64,000 nucleotides of DNA, taken from NCBI GenBank assembly GCA_964016885.1, contig OZ024742.1:207204001-207268000 (forward strand), written 5' to 3'. Shown in pieces: positions 22,282 through 35,182 of this stretch (the stretch's first letter is position 1; each line of letters opens with the position of its first letter). The DNA is from Eledone cirrhosa. Taxonomy: Eukaryota. The notes beneath the pieces are model-generated. The model made no database searches. It was not told where the DNA came from and saw only the letters and a list, made by a program, of their open reading frames with translations. The translations under genes were made by a program, and so were the position numbers.

Positions 22282-25098
22282 GGCTGTCCGAGAGTGAAGA
22301 CATATTTTTTGGAGCTCCGCAAAAGTAGTAAATTTTCTGTTTATTTTCATTTATAATAATTATTGCATTCTTTGAAAAGGGTCGTCAGACTCCCGTCTTT
22401 GCCCTGTGAAGGGGTGACTATAATATTTGGGCCTTTTGGCCCGAATATTTGAACTTTTTGTACTTAAAACAAATTCTCGAAAAAAAATGACTGAGCCCCC
22501 CCCCCCCCCCCCCCCACACACACACACTCTGTCTGCTGTCGTGTGACAGCGACCTAAACGTTGAGAGGAGGAAAGTGGCAAATTACAAACACATTTAGCA
22601 GCAGCACCACAAACAGCATGAACAGCTGCAGCAGCAACACCAATAGTGAGAACAATAACCTTTAAAAAAATCAATGATAATACCAACCACAGAAGTAACA
22701 GCGACAACCAAAAGAGAGACAAGATAAACAAAACCAACAACGAAATTAACACCACTAAAAAAACATAAACAGCGACAGCATCAATAGCAACAATACCAAC
22801 TGCAACAGTGATAACAGCAACAACAAGAACATCGACAACAACAACAAGAACAACAAGAACAACAACAACACCACCACCACCAACAACAACAACACCAACA
22901 ACAAGAACACCTTCGTTGCGGCAGCAGCCAAAAAGAGGCCATGCTTCAGCATGGATCTCTCGAATAAAGAGGAAAAGTTGGTCCAGAACTGGAAGCTTAT
23001 CAAGCAAGAGAAAATCTGGGCCAACTTAACTGTCCCGGTAGAATCTATTGATGTAGTGGAGCGCAGAACAGTGCATTACAGATGCATCTCAGCAGAAATA
23101 AATAGGGCGGCTTTAATTGCACAGGCAGATGTCGAAATCGTGCTGGGGTGCATCAGGGATAACACCAAATATATAGCGAAGGGCAGACAATACGGCACCA
23201 TTTCGGTGCTGTTTAAGTCAGAAGCCCTCGCTATGAAACATGCAATGACCCCTTGCAATACAAGCAAGGTCATAATGTACCCCTGCCACATGGTAAAAAG
23301 AACAGCTCGTCTCCGAATTCCCAGGATCCCACAAAGAAAAAAGCTCCGCAAAGCACAAAAGCACCCACAATAAAAATAATGCAGACACCAACCACGCAAA
23401 CATATCTCCAAACAACGCCAACAGCAACACCACCAACACCATAACCAGAATCCCCAAACGCAAACAACCTAAACAGGCATAAGAACAAATACATTTACAA
23501 ACATCTGAAACCACACTCACAACAAACACAAACACAACCAAAACAACACCAACAAAACCATCACCACCACAGTCACGCAAACAAATAAAATCGCACCAAC
23601 AAAGCATAAAACCTTCAAGCTTGTTAGAAGGGCCAACAAGGAATTGAGTCGTAGCACGAAGTAAAGAAAAACAGAGGGGAGAAATCGAGCATATTTCGCG
23701 TGCCGGAAGATTTGTTTCTGGTGCGAATGTCACTCGATTTCTACAAAGGGATTCGAGAGAGAGCTTTCCTCGGGACGGGGGAACTCCGAACGTAAAACCC
23801 CCATTCAGACATTTAAAGTGGTTCCCAAAAGTAATCCCACCAATTATGGAAGTCGAACCCCCCAATTTTCACAAGGACCCGGGAGATAAGTAAACATTTC
23901 CTCTCTCTTTTAGTCTGCCGACATGGCCATATTAAGATTACGAAGTTGAAATGTTCGAGGTCTTGGGTCGCTCTGGAAGCAGGGTCACCTGCTCAACGGC
24001 CTCAGGTCTCTAGAAATGGATGTAATTGCCATCAGCGAGACCATCATTTCCAACACACACACACACTAGCCCCAATTTTCAACGACGATCAGATCTTCGC
24101 ATGCGTTGGTCGGCCGGGAATGGGAGGTGGGGTGGCAGTGCTGTTTAGGAAAGGCCTGGATCTCGTGGTAACCTAGATCTTCCGGGACAAGGACGGTAAT
24201 TTGGTGGTCCTGGCCGTGAACAATAGCGAAGGTAGGGCCTTTAGACTGGTGGCCGTCTACCCCCTTCCGGGGCAGGACGGCCGGACTTCTTTAGATGCCT
24301 GGAAACCTTTCTGGGTACGTCTCGCCCTTTACTGTTAGCGGGGGATGGAACGGCATCTTAGACGCACACTGGGACTGTGTGGCAGGATATGATAGGAGGG
24401 GGGGGGGTTTAACAGTACCTGATCAGAAAGTTCGAACTGTCTGACAGGTACTGACTAGATTTCCCTGATGCGCCAGTGTGGAACTAGACCAAACACATAG
24501 GGTCATCTATAGATCGTATATAGACAGGATCTTCATTAGGAAAATAGACAGAAATAGTGTAAGCTGTCAACGTTTTAAAACGGTCGCCTATTCAGATCAC
24601 AAGTTTATGATCTGCATGGTCGACCTAGTTAAGACACGTAGGTTAGTACCTGGTTACTGGAAGCTCAACATCTCATTTCCGGCACGTAAGGCTTGCAGGG
24701 ATCGGGTCAACAATTTAGTTAAGCAAAAGTTGATAGGGGGAATCGTCAATAAGAGATGGTGGGGGGCTCTCAAAAGAGAGATTAGAGTAACTTCGATAGG
24801 ATTTAGCAAAGAAGTAGGGTTAGAGAAAAATAGAAAGGAGCGGGATCAGGTAGATAAGTTAGACGTGGCTATTTGTAGTGGCATTGGAACTGGCGTGCTA
24901 GCGGCGAGAATGGCATTAGGTCATTTCTTCAATGCGAAACATGAAGGTTGTATTGTCAGAGCTAATGCGCGTGCTCTGAGAAACGAGGGAACCAAAGCTG
25001 TTCGATGGGCCCGCGTGGCAGAAGTGCAGCGTGGTAATAAAACCACAATTCAGTCTTTGACGAACCGAGATGATCACGAGCTGAGCGATTCCAGCTGA
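22282..25098 (+). mobile_element. Diverged Tx1 subfamily, copy 4 (5'UTR, decayed ORF1, ORF2 APE region), cut off by a Penelope element
   Basis: Starts after (TTA)n; shares GAGCTCCGCAAA with the 5'UTR of copies 2/3; ORF1 piece RTVHYRC...GRQYGTISVLF; ORF2 from ATG 23923 with YSDHKF, PGYWKLN, FFNAKHEGC. Confidence 0.85.
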
Positions 25099-27256
25099 AC
25101 GATTCCAGTGTTTTTATGGAGGTACCTGGTCTTTCCACTATCTTAATATTTAGTTTAAGTTTATCTAGAGCCCTTCTAAATTTGTAAGCTAGTTCACCTC
25201 CAGGGGTTGTATTGATGAACATTACACTCTGGTATTTATTGCTATCATACCAGGAGTTTATTTTATTAACCTTATTCCTATTTCTTTCTATTCTATTCCA
25301 AAATTTGCTCCTATACAAGGGGGAGGTCCCATTTGTGTCATTATTTACCATTATTTCCCATTTGGTTCTGGCTCCTCTATACACTCTGATTTTATCTCTC
25401 TGATTGTAACCAGAGAACTGCATACGGTGGAGGAAGTGTTGTATGTGTCGCTCTAGTTCTTTGGGGTTGCATATGCGGGACACGTTCCTCATCACCCGTA
25501 CTAAATCCGCAATCAGTATGTTGATTTTGGTGTGATTCGAAACAGCTGAGTTTCGGTGGATCAGGTATTTGGAAGTCATGGGTTTGGCATAATGGGAATG
25601 GACGATTTGTTTTTTGTTATTACTGGTTTCTAACCAGAGCTCTGTGTCTAGTACAGGTAATCAATGGTTGGGGTGTTTGTTTGGGTAGCATACAGTAAAT
25701 TTAATACTCTGGTGGATAGAGTTAGCTATTTGCTGGATGCTTTCCATGGTGTTTTTCTCTAATTCCTGACTGTTCTCTAGTGGGGGTGTTTTTACTACAA
25801 TGTTTATATCATCAACGTAGCGGGAGTACATAATCAGGGTTAAGAGGTTGTTGTCTTCTAATAGTTCTTTAAACTTTTTGTCCTACTATACCATAAATAG
25901 GTTAGCTATGTCACCTGCAATGCTAACGTCAATGGCTGCTGCCTCTTCTTGGGCATATGTTTTTCCATTAAATTTGAACATATGTTCCTTATGGGTTAGT
26001 TTTATACTGGCCCCCACCGCATGTGCAACCATTTTCTTTAATTCATCATGGTTTTCGTATGGCTCTGGTCCACCCGACCCATCTTCTTTCTGTGTGGGTT
26101 TTCTTGGCCATTGAAGTAATGGTAGGTGGTCTGCTTCTTGCTGGCCTTGTTAAGATCATATGTATCTAGATAATCATTATTATATGTGAGTTTAGTCCCA
26201 GCTCACTGGTATCAATCCCACGGAATTCAACACTGCTCTCACTGATCATTTCCAAGCATTTCTCCACAGCAAAATCCACGTCAATGGATGGGTATAGGCA
26301 CACTATATCCATACTACCTATTATACAGCCTGTTAGGTACCTAGACAGGTCATTTTCGCTGATTCTGCTGAGGAGGTCCTCTGTGCTGTCACGTATATCC
26401 GGGGACATTTCAATGATGGGGCGTACGATCAGGGAGAGGAAGTAGGAAGGTCTGGAGTTGCTAGCAATGTTAGCTCCACAGACTGGCCGTGTTGGTGGTC
26501 CTGTGACTGGGTCATTGTTCGTCTTATGGTCTTTTCGAAGCCCATACAACGCTGGCACGTCAACGCTGGCATGTCAACAGACATTCTGCCAGACTTATCT
26601 GTTGGAAAGCATGCAATCTCTCTATTACGTGAGCGCTGCATGAGCTTACGCAAGCCATTTGCGTATTTTTCTCCCAGTTGCTGGGCCTCCATTCTATTTC
26701 GTATAGGAGCAAATTTTGGAATAGAATAGAAAGAACTAGGAATAAGGTTAATAAAATAAACTCATGGTATGATAGCAATAAATACCAGTGTCTAATGTTC
26801 ATCAATACAACCCCTAGAGGTGAACTAGCTTACAAATTTAGAAGGGCCCTAGATAAACTTAAACTAAATATTTAGATAGTGGAAAGACCAGGTACGCCCA
26901 TAAAAACAATTATTAGTAATACATACCCTTTTCAAAGAACTCCCTGTATAGATAAGAAATGCATAATCTGTAAACTAAGTCCCCATATTAACTGCAAAAC
27001 TAGAAACATAGTATATAGCATAAGATGTACTGAGGGACAATGTAAAGATAAGAATATAATGTACATAGGTGAGACAGCTAGTAGCATAGGAGAACGATTA
27101 AATGAACACTGGCGAGAACTCCAAGATAGAAAAGACTCATCAGTATTCCACCAACATGCTAAAATAGAACATAAGGGCAAATTAGAGCACATAGAAATAA
27201 AAATAAAATGTACACACAGATAAGACGCAATGTTTAGACAAATCACAGAGGCAATG
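25099..27256. mobile_element. Penelope-like element A, rearranged: RT on minus (~25110-26690), RT C-terminus, Cys linker and GIY-YIG on plus (~26701-27256)
   Basis: Minus: PTDKSGRMSV, LYGLRKDHK, RPVCG, SMDIVCLYPSI, RYVDDI, HYAKPM. Plus: CIDKKCIIC...[13 protein letters not shown]...[16 protein letters not shown]. Ends in (TA)n. Confidence 0.88.
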
Positions 27257-27314
27257 ATATATATATATACACCTATATATATACATATACGTATATATAT
27301 ATATACATATATAT

Positions 27315-27353
<39 letters not shown>

Positions 27354-27368
27354 AATTAATAAAAATAA

Positions 27369-27454
<86 letters not shown>

Positions 27455-28149
27455 ACGAAGGGTATTAATAAGAAGTAAGATGTAGTTATTGTTAGATGAG
27501 GTGACAATAATAATAAGAATAAATGATTTGGTTTATATATAGTTTACTTCACGTGAATCAATTAAAAAGTACAATAAAACAGTTACCAAGAGTTGTTAAT
27601 TTTCTTATTGTTGTTGATGTGAAAACAGCGAGCGAACAGTTAATGTGTTGTTGTAAGTTGGAGTCTGTGGTAGTAATTCTGAGACCGTAGTAAGTAAGAG
27701 AGAGTGATGGTTTGTATACCTCTGAATGGTCTGTAGTAGTTGGTTGACGTTGTCGTAGTTAGTCTATTCTGTCTATATTTCTGTAGACCACTGGGGTCTG
27801 TTGATAGTGGTGAATCTTTCACATAGCTTGTTCTGTAGTGGGGTGCTCCGATGACTCTGTGTAAACGTGGGATGTTACAGGCTTTATATACCTATCGCTT
27901 CCTGTCTCCCTCTTGAGGGGATAGCCAATGCATCAACACGTTCATACCAAAAGGGTGATGACCCAGAATTTGACCTTTAAGTGTCACCCAAGGTTCAAGG
28001 CGCGGACAGATTTCACTACATTAGTTCCCTACCCAGATCGATGCAGGAGCAGCGATCGATTATAGAAGGGGTAGCGGAATCTGATTCCTAGAAGCGTGTC
28101 CCAAAACACACAAAATGTGGGTAGTGCGCCCGCACTTCGAGTGTAGAGA

Positions 28150-28635
28150 ATATTAATAATAACATTCAATTCGTTTGAAATTTTGCAAACAAGCCTCAAT
28201 TTTATAGCCATGTCAGGAGAATGAACACTTCATTCTTGGTCTTATGTTGGCATGCGAACAGAACTGCAGACACTAATGTTTCTGGGTATCACCCTTCATC
28301 AGTACAGCTCACTGTTCACCTGCCAAACTGTCAGAGCTAGTGAAAATATATGCTATTTTCAAAAATACACAGTGACTGATCGGCCTGAATTGCATATTTG
28401 CAGACTGGCTATTCAGTCAGATCTGCATATTAGCAGATCTACTGATCAGCCAGATTTGCATATCAGCAGACTGCCCAGTTAGTTTCCTGTATATAGGAGC
28501 GATAAATGGCCGGCTTTGCCAAATTCAAAAGAAAAAAAGAAAATTTCGCTTTACATGGCTGAATACAATAAACGTAAAACATTGCAAACGAATCGAATGT
28601 TATTATTAATATTCGAAAAACTCAGATTACTTTTA
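28150..28635 (-). mobile_element. Non-coding hammerhead/octamer repeat, family A (retrozyme- or PLE pLTR-like), with a short inverted segment at ~28580-28630
   Basis: Reverse complement of the element at 35838-36472; abuts (TA)n at ~28637. Confidence 0.75.
28256..28317 (-). ncRNA. Type I hammerhead ribozyme, intact core
   Basis: Minus strand: GAGCUGUA CUGAUGA A-GGGU-GAU-ACCC-A GAAA CA-UUAG-UG UC|UGCAGUUC. Helix I is 8 bp plus GAACA/UGUUC extension; GUC triplet at 28269-28271. Confidence 0.8.
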
Positions 28636-28801
28636 TTATATATATATATATATAAATATATTTATATATATATACATATATAGTAATAATAATAAATGTG
28701 AAGACTAAAGTCCAAAGGGGGCTCGATAGGATAAATATATATCAAATATATAAGAAACATAGAGAAAATATTTATTAAAATAAGCACCGATTCTATATAT
28801 G

Positions 28802-28861
<60 letters not shown>

Positions 28862-28879
28862 TATGAAAAATATGGGGAG

Positions 28880-29420
28880 AAGAATACTGCATGGTTGCAC
28901 ATGGATAACATGTTATAAAATGAGTCCCTTATCAGCGATTTGCCAACGGTCATTGGTATTTCATTGCATTAAAAATCATATACCTCACGTTGGTGCAATA
29001 ATAACTAAAATAAGTTATTAGGACAATTAAAACGCGTAAAGCGAGTGAGACAAGTGAACAACACAGGGGAAAGCTAACCGAAGATAAGAAGAAACACAAG
29101 CTACATAGTTATTCTATCAGTATAAGCTGGGTGAATATATGAGCGAGCAAGAAATAGACCTTTCGCAATGAATCCGATGTAAGAAAGAAGGAAATCGTTT
29201 TCGTAGCGAACGGGGGGAAGTGAGAAGGGAAGAAACAGTGAGTGAGTGAGTGGAAGTACGAGGAAGAGGTCAGTAGAGAGAAAGTGTTAACTGACATGAC
29301 AGAGGGGACGAAAGAAAGTAAGAGAAACAGAGAGAACGAGGGAGCAATAAGAGAGAGAGAGAGAAAAACAGAATCGCAGTTTAGGTAAATATATGTGAAA
29401 AATATGGGGAGAATAATATA
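28880..29420 (-). repeat. Non-coding interspersed repeat, diverged relative of the 29540-30060 element, between (TA)n tracts
   Basis: Shared blocks such as GTCCCTTATCAG / GTCCTTCATCAG and CCTCACGTTGGTGC / CCTCAGGTTGGTGC. Confidence 0.5.
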
Positions 29421-29454
29421 TATACATGTGTGTGTGTATGCATATATATTAATG

Positions 29455-29536
<82 letters not shown>

Positions 29537-29539
29537 AAT

Positions 29540-30052
29540 AATGATGGCTGCGCGTTGCAAATGGTGGTGCATATGAAAAAGTAAGTCCTTCATCAGTGAC
29601 CCTCCAACCGTCCCAGGCATTTCATCGCTTTAAGGGCCATATGCCTCAGGTTGGTGCGAACAACGGCTAAAAAAAGTCGTTGGGACACGTAAACAAAGGG
29701 GACGCCAGGGTAACAAACAAAAAGGTTTAAGCAACGGAAAGTGAGAAGAAATAGACAAGTCCCAGATCTCTATGAATATAAACTCGGTGAAATCGTGAAC
29801 AAGAGACAAAAGACCATCAAACCTGGTTGAAATGTGAGCAAGGAAAGAATTTCGCACAGGTCTAACGGGGGGGGGGGAGGAGAACCTTTTTGTTTGTTAG
29901 AAGAACCTTTTTGTTTGTTACCCTGGCGTCCCCTTTGTTTACGTGTCCCAACGACTTTTTTTAGCCATTGTTCGCACCAACCTGAGGCATATGGCCCTTA
30001 AAGCGATGAAATGCCTGGGACGGTTGGAGGGTCACTGATGAAGGACTTACTT

Positions 30053-30060
<8 letters not shown>
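29540..30060. mobile_element. Fold-back short retroelement in (TA)n; inverted arms ~29571-29727 and ~29904-30060
   Basis: Arms are near-perfect reverse complements. The minus strand ends GCAGCCATCAT, like the RTE 3' end at ~35018-35028. Confidence 0.75.
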
Positions 30061-30092
<32 letters not shown>

Positions 30093-30098
<6 letters not shown>

Positions 30099-31225
30099 AT
30101 ACTTGGGGAGGGTCATATTTGTGTAATAATATTGCCAGAATTAATAACTGATACTCAAATACCTGAAACTCAAAAACTCACCAATGTCCAGTAGTGCTAA
30201 GTTTAATATTCTGATCGCAGACTTGGTACGAGTGATGAAGAATGTGTCCCGCATGTGTGACCCAACAGAAATGGAAAGACACATCCAACACTTCATCAAC
30301 CGCATGCAGTTCTCTGGCTACAATCAAAGAGACAGAATGAGAGTATACGAAGAAGACACGGAGAAGTATAAGACCCTCATTAAACTGGACATGAATGGAA
30401 TTTGACCATTATACGGGAGCAAATCATAGAATAGACATAAGATAGGGAAAGCCACCTCATGGTACGACAACCAGAGATACCAGAGTGTCATGTTTGTGGA
30501 CGCTACCCCTGGAGGGAAATTAGCTAACTATTCTAGAAAGGCCCTGAGAAAGACCCACTTAAAGATTAAGGTGGTAGAAAAGCCAGGAATCACCATAAAA
30601 TCCCTGATCAGCAAAACCTACCCTTTTAAGAAAACCCACTGTACTAATAGGAAATACATCATATGTAAAGTAAACTCCCGGCTAAACTGTAAAACTAGAA
30701 ACGTAGTCTATAGCATAAGATGTACAGAGGGTACTTGCAGAAACATGACAACAACATACATAGGCGAGACAGCTCGTAGCATAGGTGAAAGGATAGACCA
30801 ACACTGGGGGGATCTAAAAGGACGAAAAAACGGTTCAGTACTATAAGAACATGCCAGACAACAACATGACGGTAATATAGACAAGATAGAAATTAGAATA
30901 ATATGTAAACATAGAAATGACCCAGCAGATAGGCAAATCAGAGAGGCCAGCGAAATAGAACTTAGAAGGCCAAGGCTAAACCGAAAAAATGAATGGAATA
31001 ACAACAACACCCAAACAAACAACACAGACCTAAGAGAAGTATAAATAAATAAATAAATACATTCATACACAAACACAATAACAACAAACACATATAAACA
31101 CACACTAGTAAACTAAGATAGAATACAATAACCAATACACAGTCACCCAAACACGAACACACATAAAACAAAACACTATACACACACGCAAACGCATGCG
31201 CAGAGAAGACACAAAAATAAACAAA

Positions 31226-31256
<31 letters not shown>

Positions 31257-31584
31257 ACAGAATAAATAAAGATGGCGTAGGCATACAATACAAGGGTGTT
31301 CCAGATGTGCAACGAAAGAACTTTGTTAGACTATATATATGTGTTTGTGTCTATATTGTCTCTGTATTTTTGACCGTTGGTCAGTCAATGGTAACATTGA
31401 GGACCGAAGAAATTAAATGAACCGATATAAAAGACACAGAAGCGAAAACCAACCAAACAGTGAGTGTGTTCTGTTATTAATTCTGGCAATATTATTACAC
31501 AAATATGACCCTCCCCAAGTATAACAATATTTGTTTCGACACACGATTTCATATCAAAAACCTCGCAAAACTAATTCATCGCCG

Positions 31585-31585
<1 letters not shown>
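30093..31585 (+). mobile_element. Penelope-like element B, 5'-truncated, with inverted pLTR fragment at its 5' end, flanked by (TA)n
   Basis: KFNILIADLVRVMKNVSR; NCKTRNVVYSIRC...YIGETARSIGERIDQH (GIY-YIG). 30093-30148 is the reverse complement of ~31473-31529. Confidence 0.88.
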
Positions 31586-31645
<60 letters not shown>

Positions 31646-31650
<5 letters not shown>

Positions 31651-34600
31651 ACCTCTGAATATTGGATGCTGGAATGTAAGAACTTTACTGGATTCCCAGT
31701 CCAGTAAAACTCGCCTTGAAAGAAGATCTGCTTTGGTGTCGAGGGAACTCAATCGCTATAGCATGGACATCGTTGCTCTTTCAAAAATGAGATTGGCAGG
31801 TGAAGGTCAATTCACAGAACAGAACGGAGGATATACCCTCTATTGGAGTGGTGGAGCAGAGAGTTGTAGGAGAGAGTTGTAGGAGAGAGGCAGGGGTCGC
31901 ATTTGTAGTCAGGAATGGAATCGTCTCAAAGCTGGAAAATCTTCCTTGTGGATTCAATGATCGGATAATGTCCATGAGGGTCCCTCTGATTCAAAACCGC
32001 TTTGTGACTCTGGTCAGTGTGTACGCTCCTACTATGTGTGCCAGTGATGATGAAAAGCTAAGTTTCTACATGTCTTTGAGAGAGGTCATCCATGGTATAC
32101 CTTATGCAGACAAGATTGTTGTCCTTGGTGATTTTAATGCGCGTGTTGGTAATGACTGGGAAGCTTGGAGTGTGATGGGCAAGCATGGAGGAGGTAAGTG
32201 CAATAACAATTGCCTACTTCTGTTGCAGATGTGCACTGAGGTGGATCTTGTTGTTGGGAACACGCTCTTTCAGCAGAAAGACAAATATAAGATAACTTGG
32301 CTGCATCCAGGTTCCAAGAAGTGACACTTTATTGACTTTGTTTTAACGTGAAAACGTGATATCAGGGATATCACATTAGTTCGTGTATTGCGAGGCGCGG
32401 TATGTTGGACTGATCGTCGTCTGGTGCGCGCCAAATTTAAATTTGTTGTGAAGCCCAAAGTAAGGGAGAAGAAGGTTGCACTTCCAAAACAACTGAACGT
32501 GGCTCGTCTGAAAACAGAGAAAGTCAGAGCTGAGCCATTGAGTCCATGGAATATGAAAACACGTGGGAATCTTTTAAGAAAACTGTATATGATTTTAGGG
32601 CTGGAGTTTTCAGTCATACCAATAGAAAGCATAAAGACTGGTTCGATGAAAATGATAAAGTGATCCAGACCTTGCTTGAAGAGAAACAAAAAGTGCTGAC
32701 ATCATTGTTGTGTGAGACACGTTCTGACAGGAGTGACCGAACCTTCAAGCAGATCAAGGCACGTGTGCAACATCGATTGAGAGCAATGCAGGCTACCTGG
32801 TGGTGCCAAAGGCTGAGGAAATCCAGAAGGACTCAGATAGACATGATACAAAGCTCCTACAGTCTGTTCAGGGAGGTGTATGGTCCAATCGGTTCGCAAA
32901 TATCACCACTTCGCTCCAGGGACGGCAAGGAATTGCTCAGAGATCCGAAGGAAATCTTGATCAGGTGACACGACCCCTTTGTTGAGCTTCTCAACAGACC
33001 ATCAGAAATTGATGATGAGTTCATCCGGTCGATTCCATCCAGACCTACAAAGCTGGCAATGGCTGATCCTCCTTCATTTGATGAGCTGGCGAAGGCCATT
33101 GCCAAATTAAACAGCGGCAAGTCACTTGAAACGGATGGACTGAGTGCCGAGATTTTCAAGTGTGCTGGTGATAACTTCTTAAAAAGCCTCACTGATCTCT
33201 TTGTGAATGTTTAGAATGTGGAAGATGTGCCACAGGATTGGAAAGATGCATTGATGGTGTTACCTTTCAAAGGAAAGGGAGCCAATAATGACTGTGGCAA
33301 CTACAGAGGTATTTCACTGCTATATGTGGCTGGGAAGATCTTGTACAGGATATTGTTGGACAGATTGATACAGCACATTGCTGTTGAGCTACTTCCTGAG
33401 TCCCAATCTTGCTTTAGAAATGGCAGAGACACTGTTGACATGATCTTCTCGGTCAAACAACTTCAAGAGAAATGTATTGAGCAGCGCATGGACTTATACC
33501 AAGTTTTTGTCGATCCGACCAAGGCATTTGACACCGTTAATGGGAAGGCTTAGTGAGTTATTTTGGAGAGGTTGGGCTGTCCTGAAAAGTTTGTGAACAT
33601 TCTGAAACTCTTCCAAGATGACATGCAGGCATGGGTGAATGTTGGAAATAAAATGTCTGAGCCAATCTCGGTTGAAAATGGTGTCAAACTGGGTGATATA
33701 CCTGCACCAACTGTGTTGCCTTGTATTTCGCAATGGTGTTCTTCATGGCCTTCAAGGATTGTCAACACGGTATCTATCTCAGATATCGCACTTCCGGTAA
33801 GCTGTTTAACCTTAGGCGTCTCACTGCCAACACTAAGGTACTGAGTACCTTGATCAGAGAATATTTATATGCAGATGATTGTGATCTCTTTGCACACTCC
33901 CAGAGTGACATGCAACACCTTATGGATTCTTTTTCGAATGCGTGCAGTGCTTTGGGACTGACAGTCAGTCTGAAGAAGACTGTCGTCATGTACCAACCTG
34001 CTCCGGATAAAGTTTTCAATGCACCCTCCATATACGTATACGGTCAAACGCTGAAGACTGCTGATACATTTGTGTATTTGGGGAGTACTCTGAGTGTGGC
34101 CTGCTCTCTGGATGGAGAAGTTAGTCTACGAGTTAGTAAGGCAAGTGAGTCATTTGGAAGGCTCAGCAACTGTCTTTGGTGCAGGCGAGGAATCACAATG
34201 AGGACCAGGGTGAGAGTTTATGCTGCATGCGTACTGTCAGCTTTGCTGTATGCATGTGAGACATGGGTTGCCTACAAACGGCATATTCACAGACAGGAAT
34301 GGTTTCACCAGCAGTGTCTCAGAAAGATGTTCGGTATCAAGTGGCAGATGCATGTGAGTGATGTTGAGGTCCTTGAGAGAAGTGAGTGTTGGAGCATTGA
34401 GAGTATCATCCACCAACGGCGTTTGCGATGGACCGGACACCTCAGCAGAATGGAGGATGATCGAATACCACAACAACTCTTGTATGGCGAGCTTTGTGGG
34501 GGTAAGAGACCACTTCACAAGCCAAGGCTCTGATTCAAGGATTGTGTAAAGGACTCATTGAAAAAAACTAGTTTGATGATGGCTGATTCGGAAATAGAAG

Positions 34601-35030
34601 CACTTGAAAGAGAAAGTTGGGGTGGAATGGTGAATGATGGGGTCCATAATTTTGAGGACGGACGCATAGAGCAAGAGAAGATCAAACGGGATGTGCGTAA
34701 GCAATGCCCTGCTGTATCTCTCGAGACGATCGGTGTCGCCTTTGAATTAAAGTGCCTTGACTGCGGAAAAATTTGCTTGAGCAAGTCCGGTCTCAGGAGC
34801 CACAGTTGCAGACATGTTCAAAGAAAACCAGTGAACTATGATCTCCACGGTGTTGTGAGGGTTCACGGGCAACCCGATGAGGGACCTCAAGCCAGGGAGA
34901 TCCATAGTTGTCGTCAGTGTGTGAAGGAGTGCAAGTCTCTAGCAGGCTTGAAAAGCCATATCCAAGCGTCACACATCTGAATCTGACAAACGATTGAAAT
35001 AGTCTTTGCAGAGTTTGCAGCCATCATATA
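31646..35030 (+). pseudogene. Decayed RTE-clade LINE (APE, RT, two C-terminal C2H2 fingers) inserted in (TA)n
   Basis: WNVRTLLD, VYAPT, GDFNARVG, NYRGISLL, TKAFDTV, YADD (~33868), RLRWTGH, CLDCGK...H...H, CRQCVK...H....H; many stops and frameshifts. Confidence 0.9.
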
Positions 35031-35127
35031 TATTAAGGTATATATATACGTATATGTATATATAGGTGTATATATATGTGTGTATTTATATAAAGTGTTA
35101 AAACGATCAAATTTTAGTTTAGAACAT

Positions 35128-35182
35128 TTATTTGCTGAAAATTTTTTCTTCCAGAGGGAAGTCTGGATTCATCGGAGCATAA
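35128..35182 (-). ncRNA. Minimal type I hammerhead-like motif (U4C core variant)
   Basis: Minus: UGCU CCGAUGA A-UCCAGA-CUUCCC-UCUGGA-A GAAA AAAUUU UC|AGCA; palindromic helix III (AAAAUUUU) as in Penelope-associated minimal hammerheads. Confidence 0.55.

Noticed and set aside
30001-30060. GAAA (30008) and CTGATGA (30035) as a permuted hammerhead
   Set aside because: I could not form helices I-III in any permutation, and the related repeat at ~28930 does not rescue the pairing.
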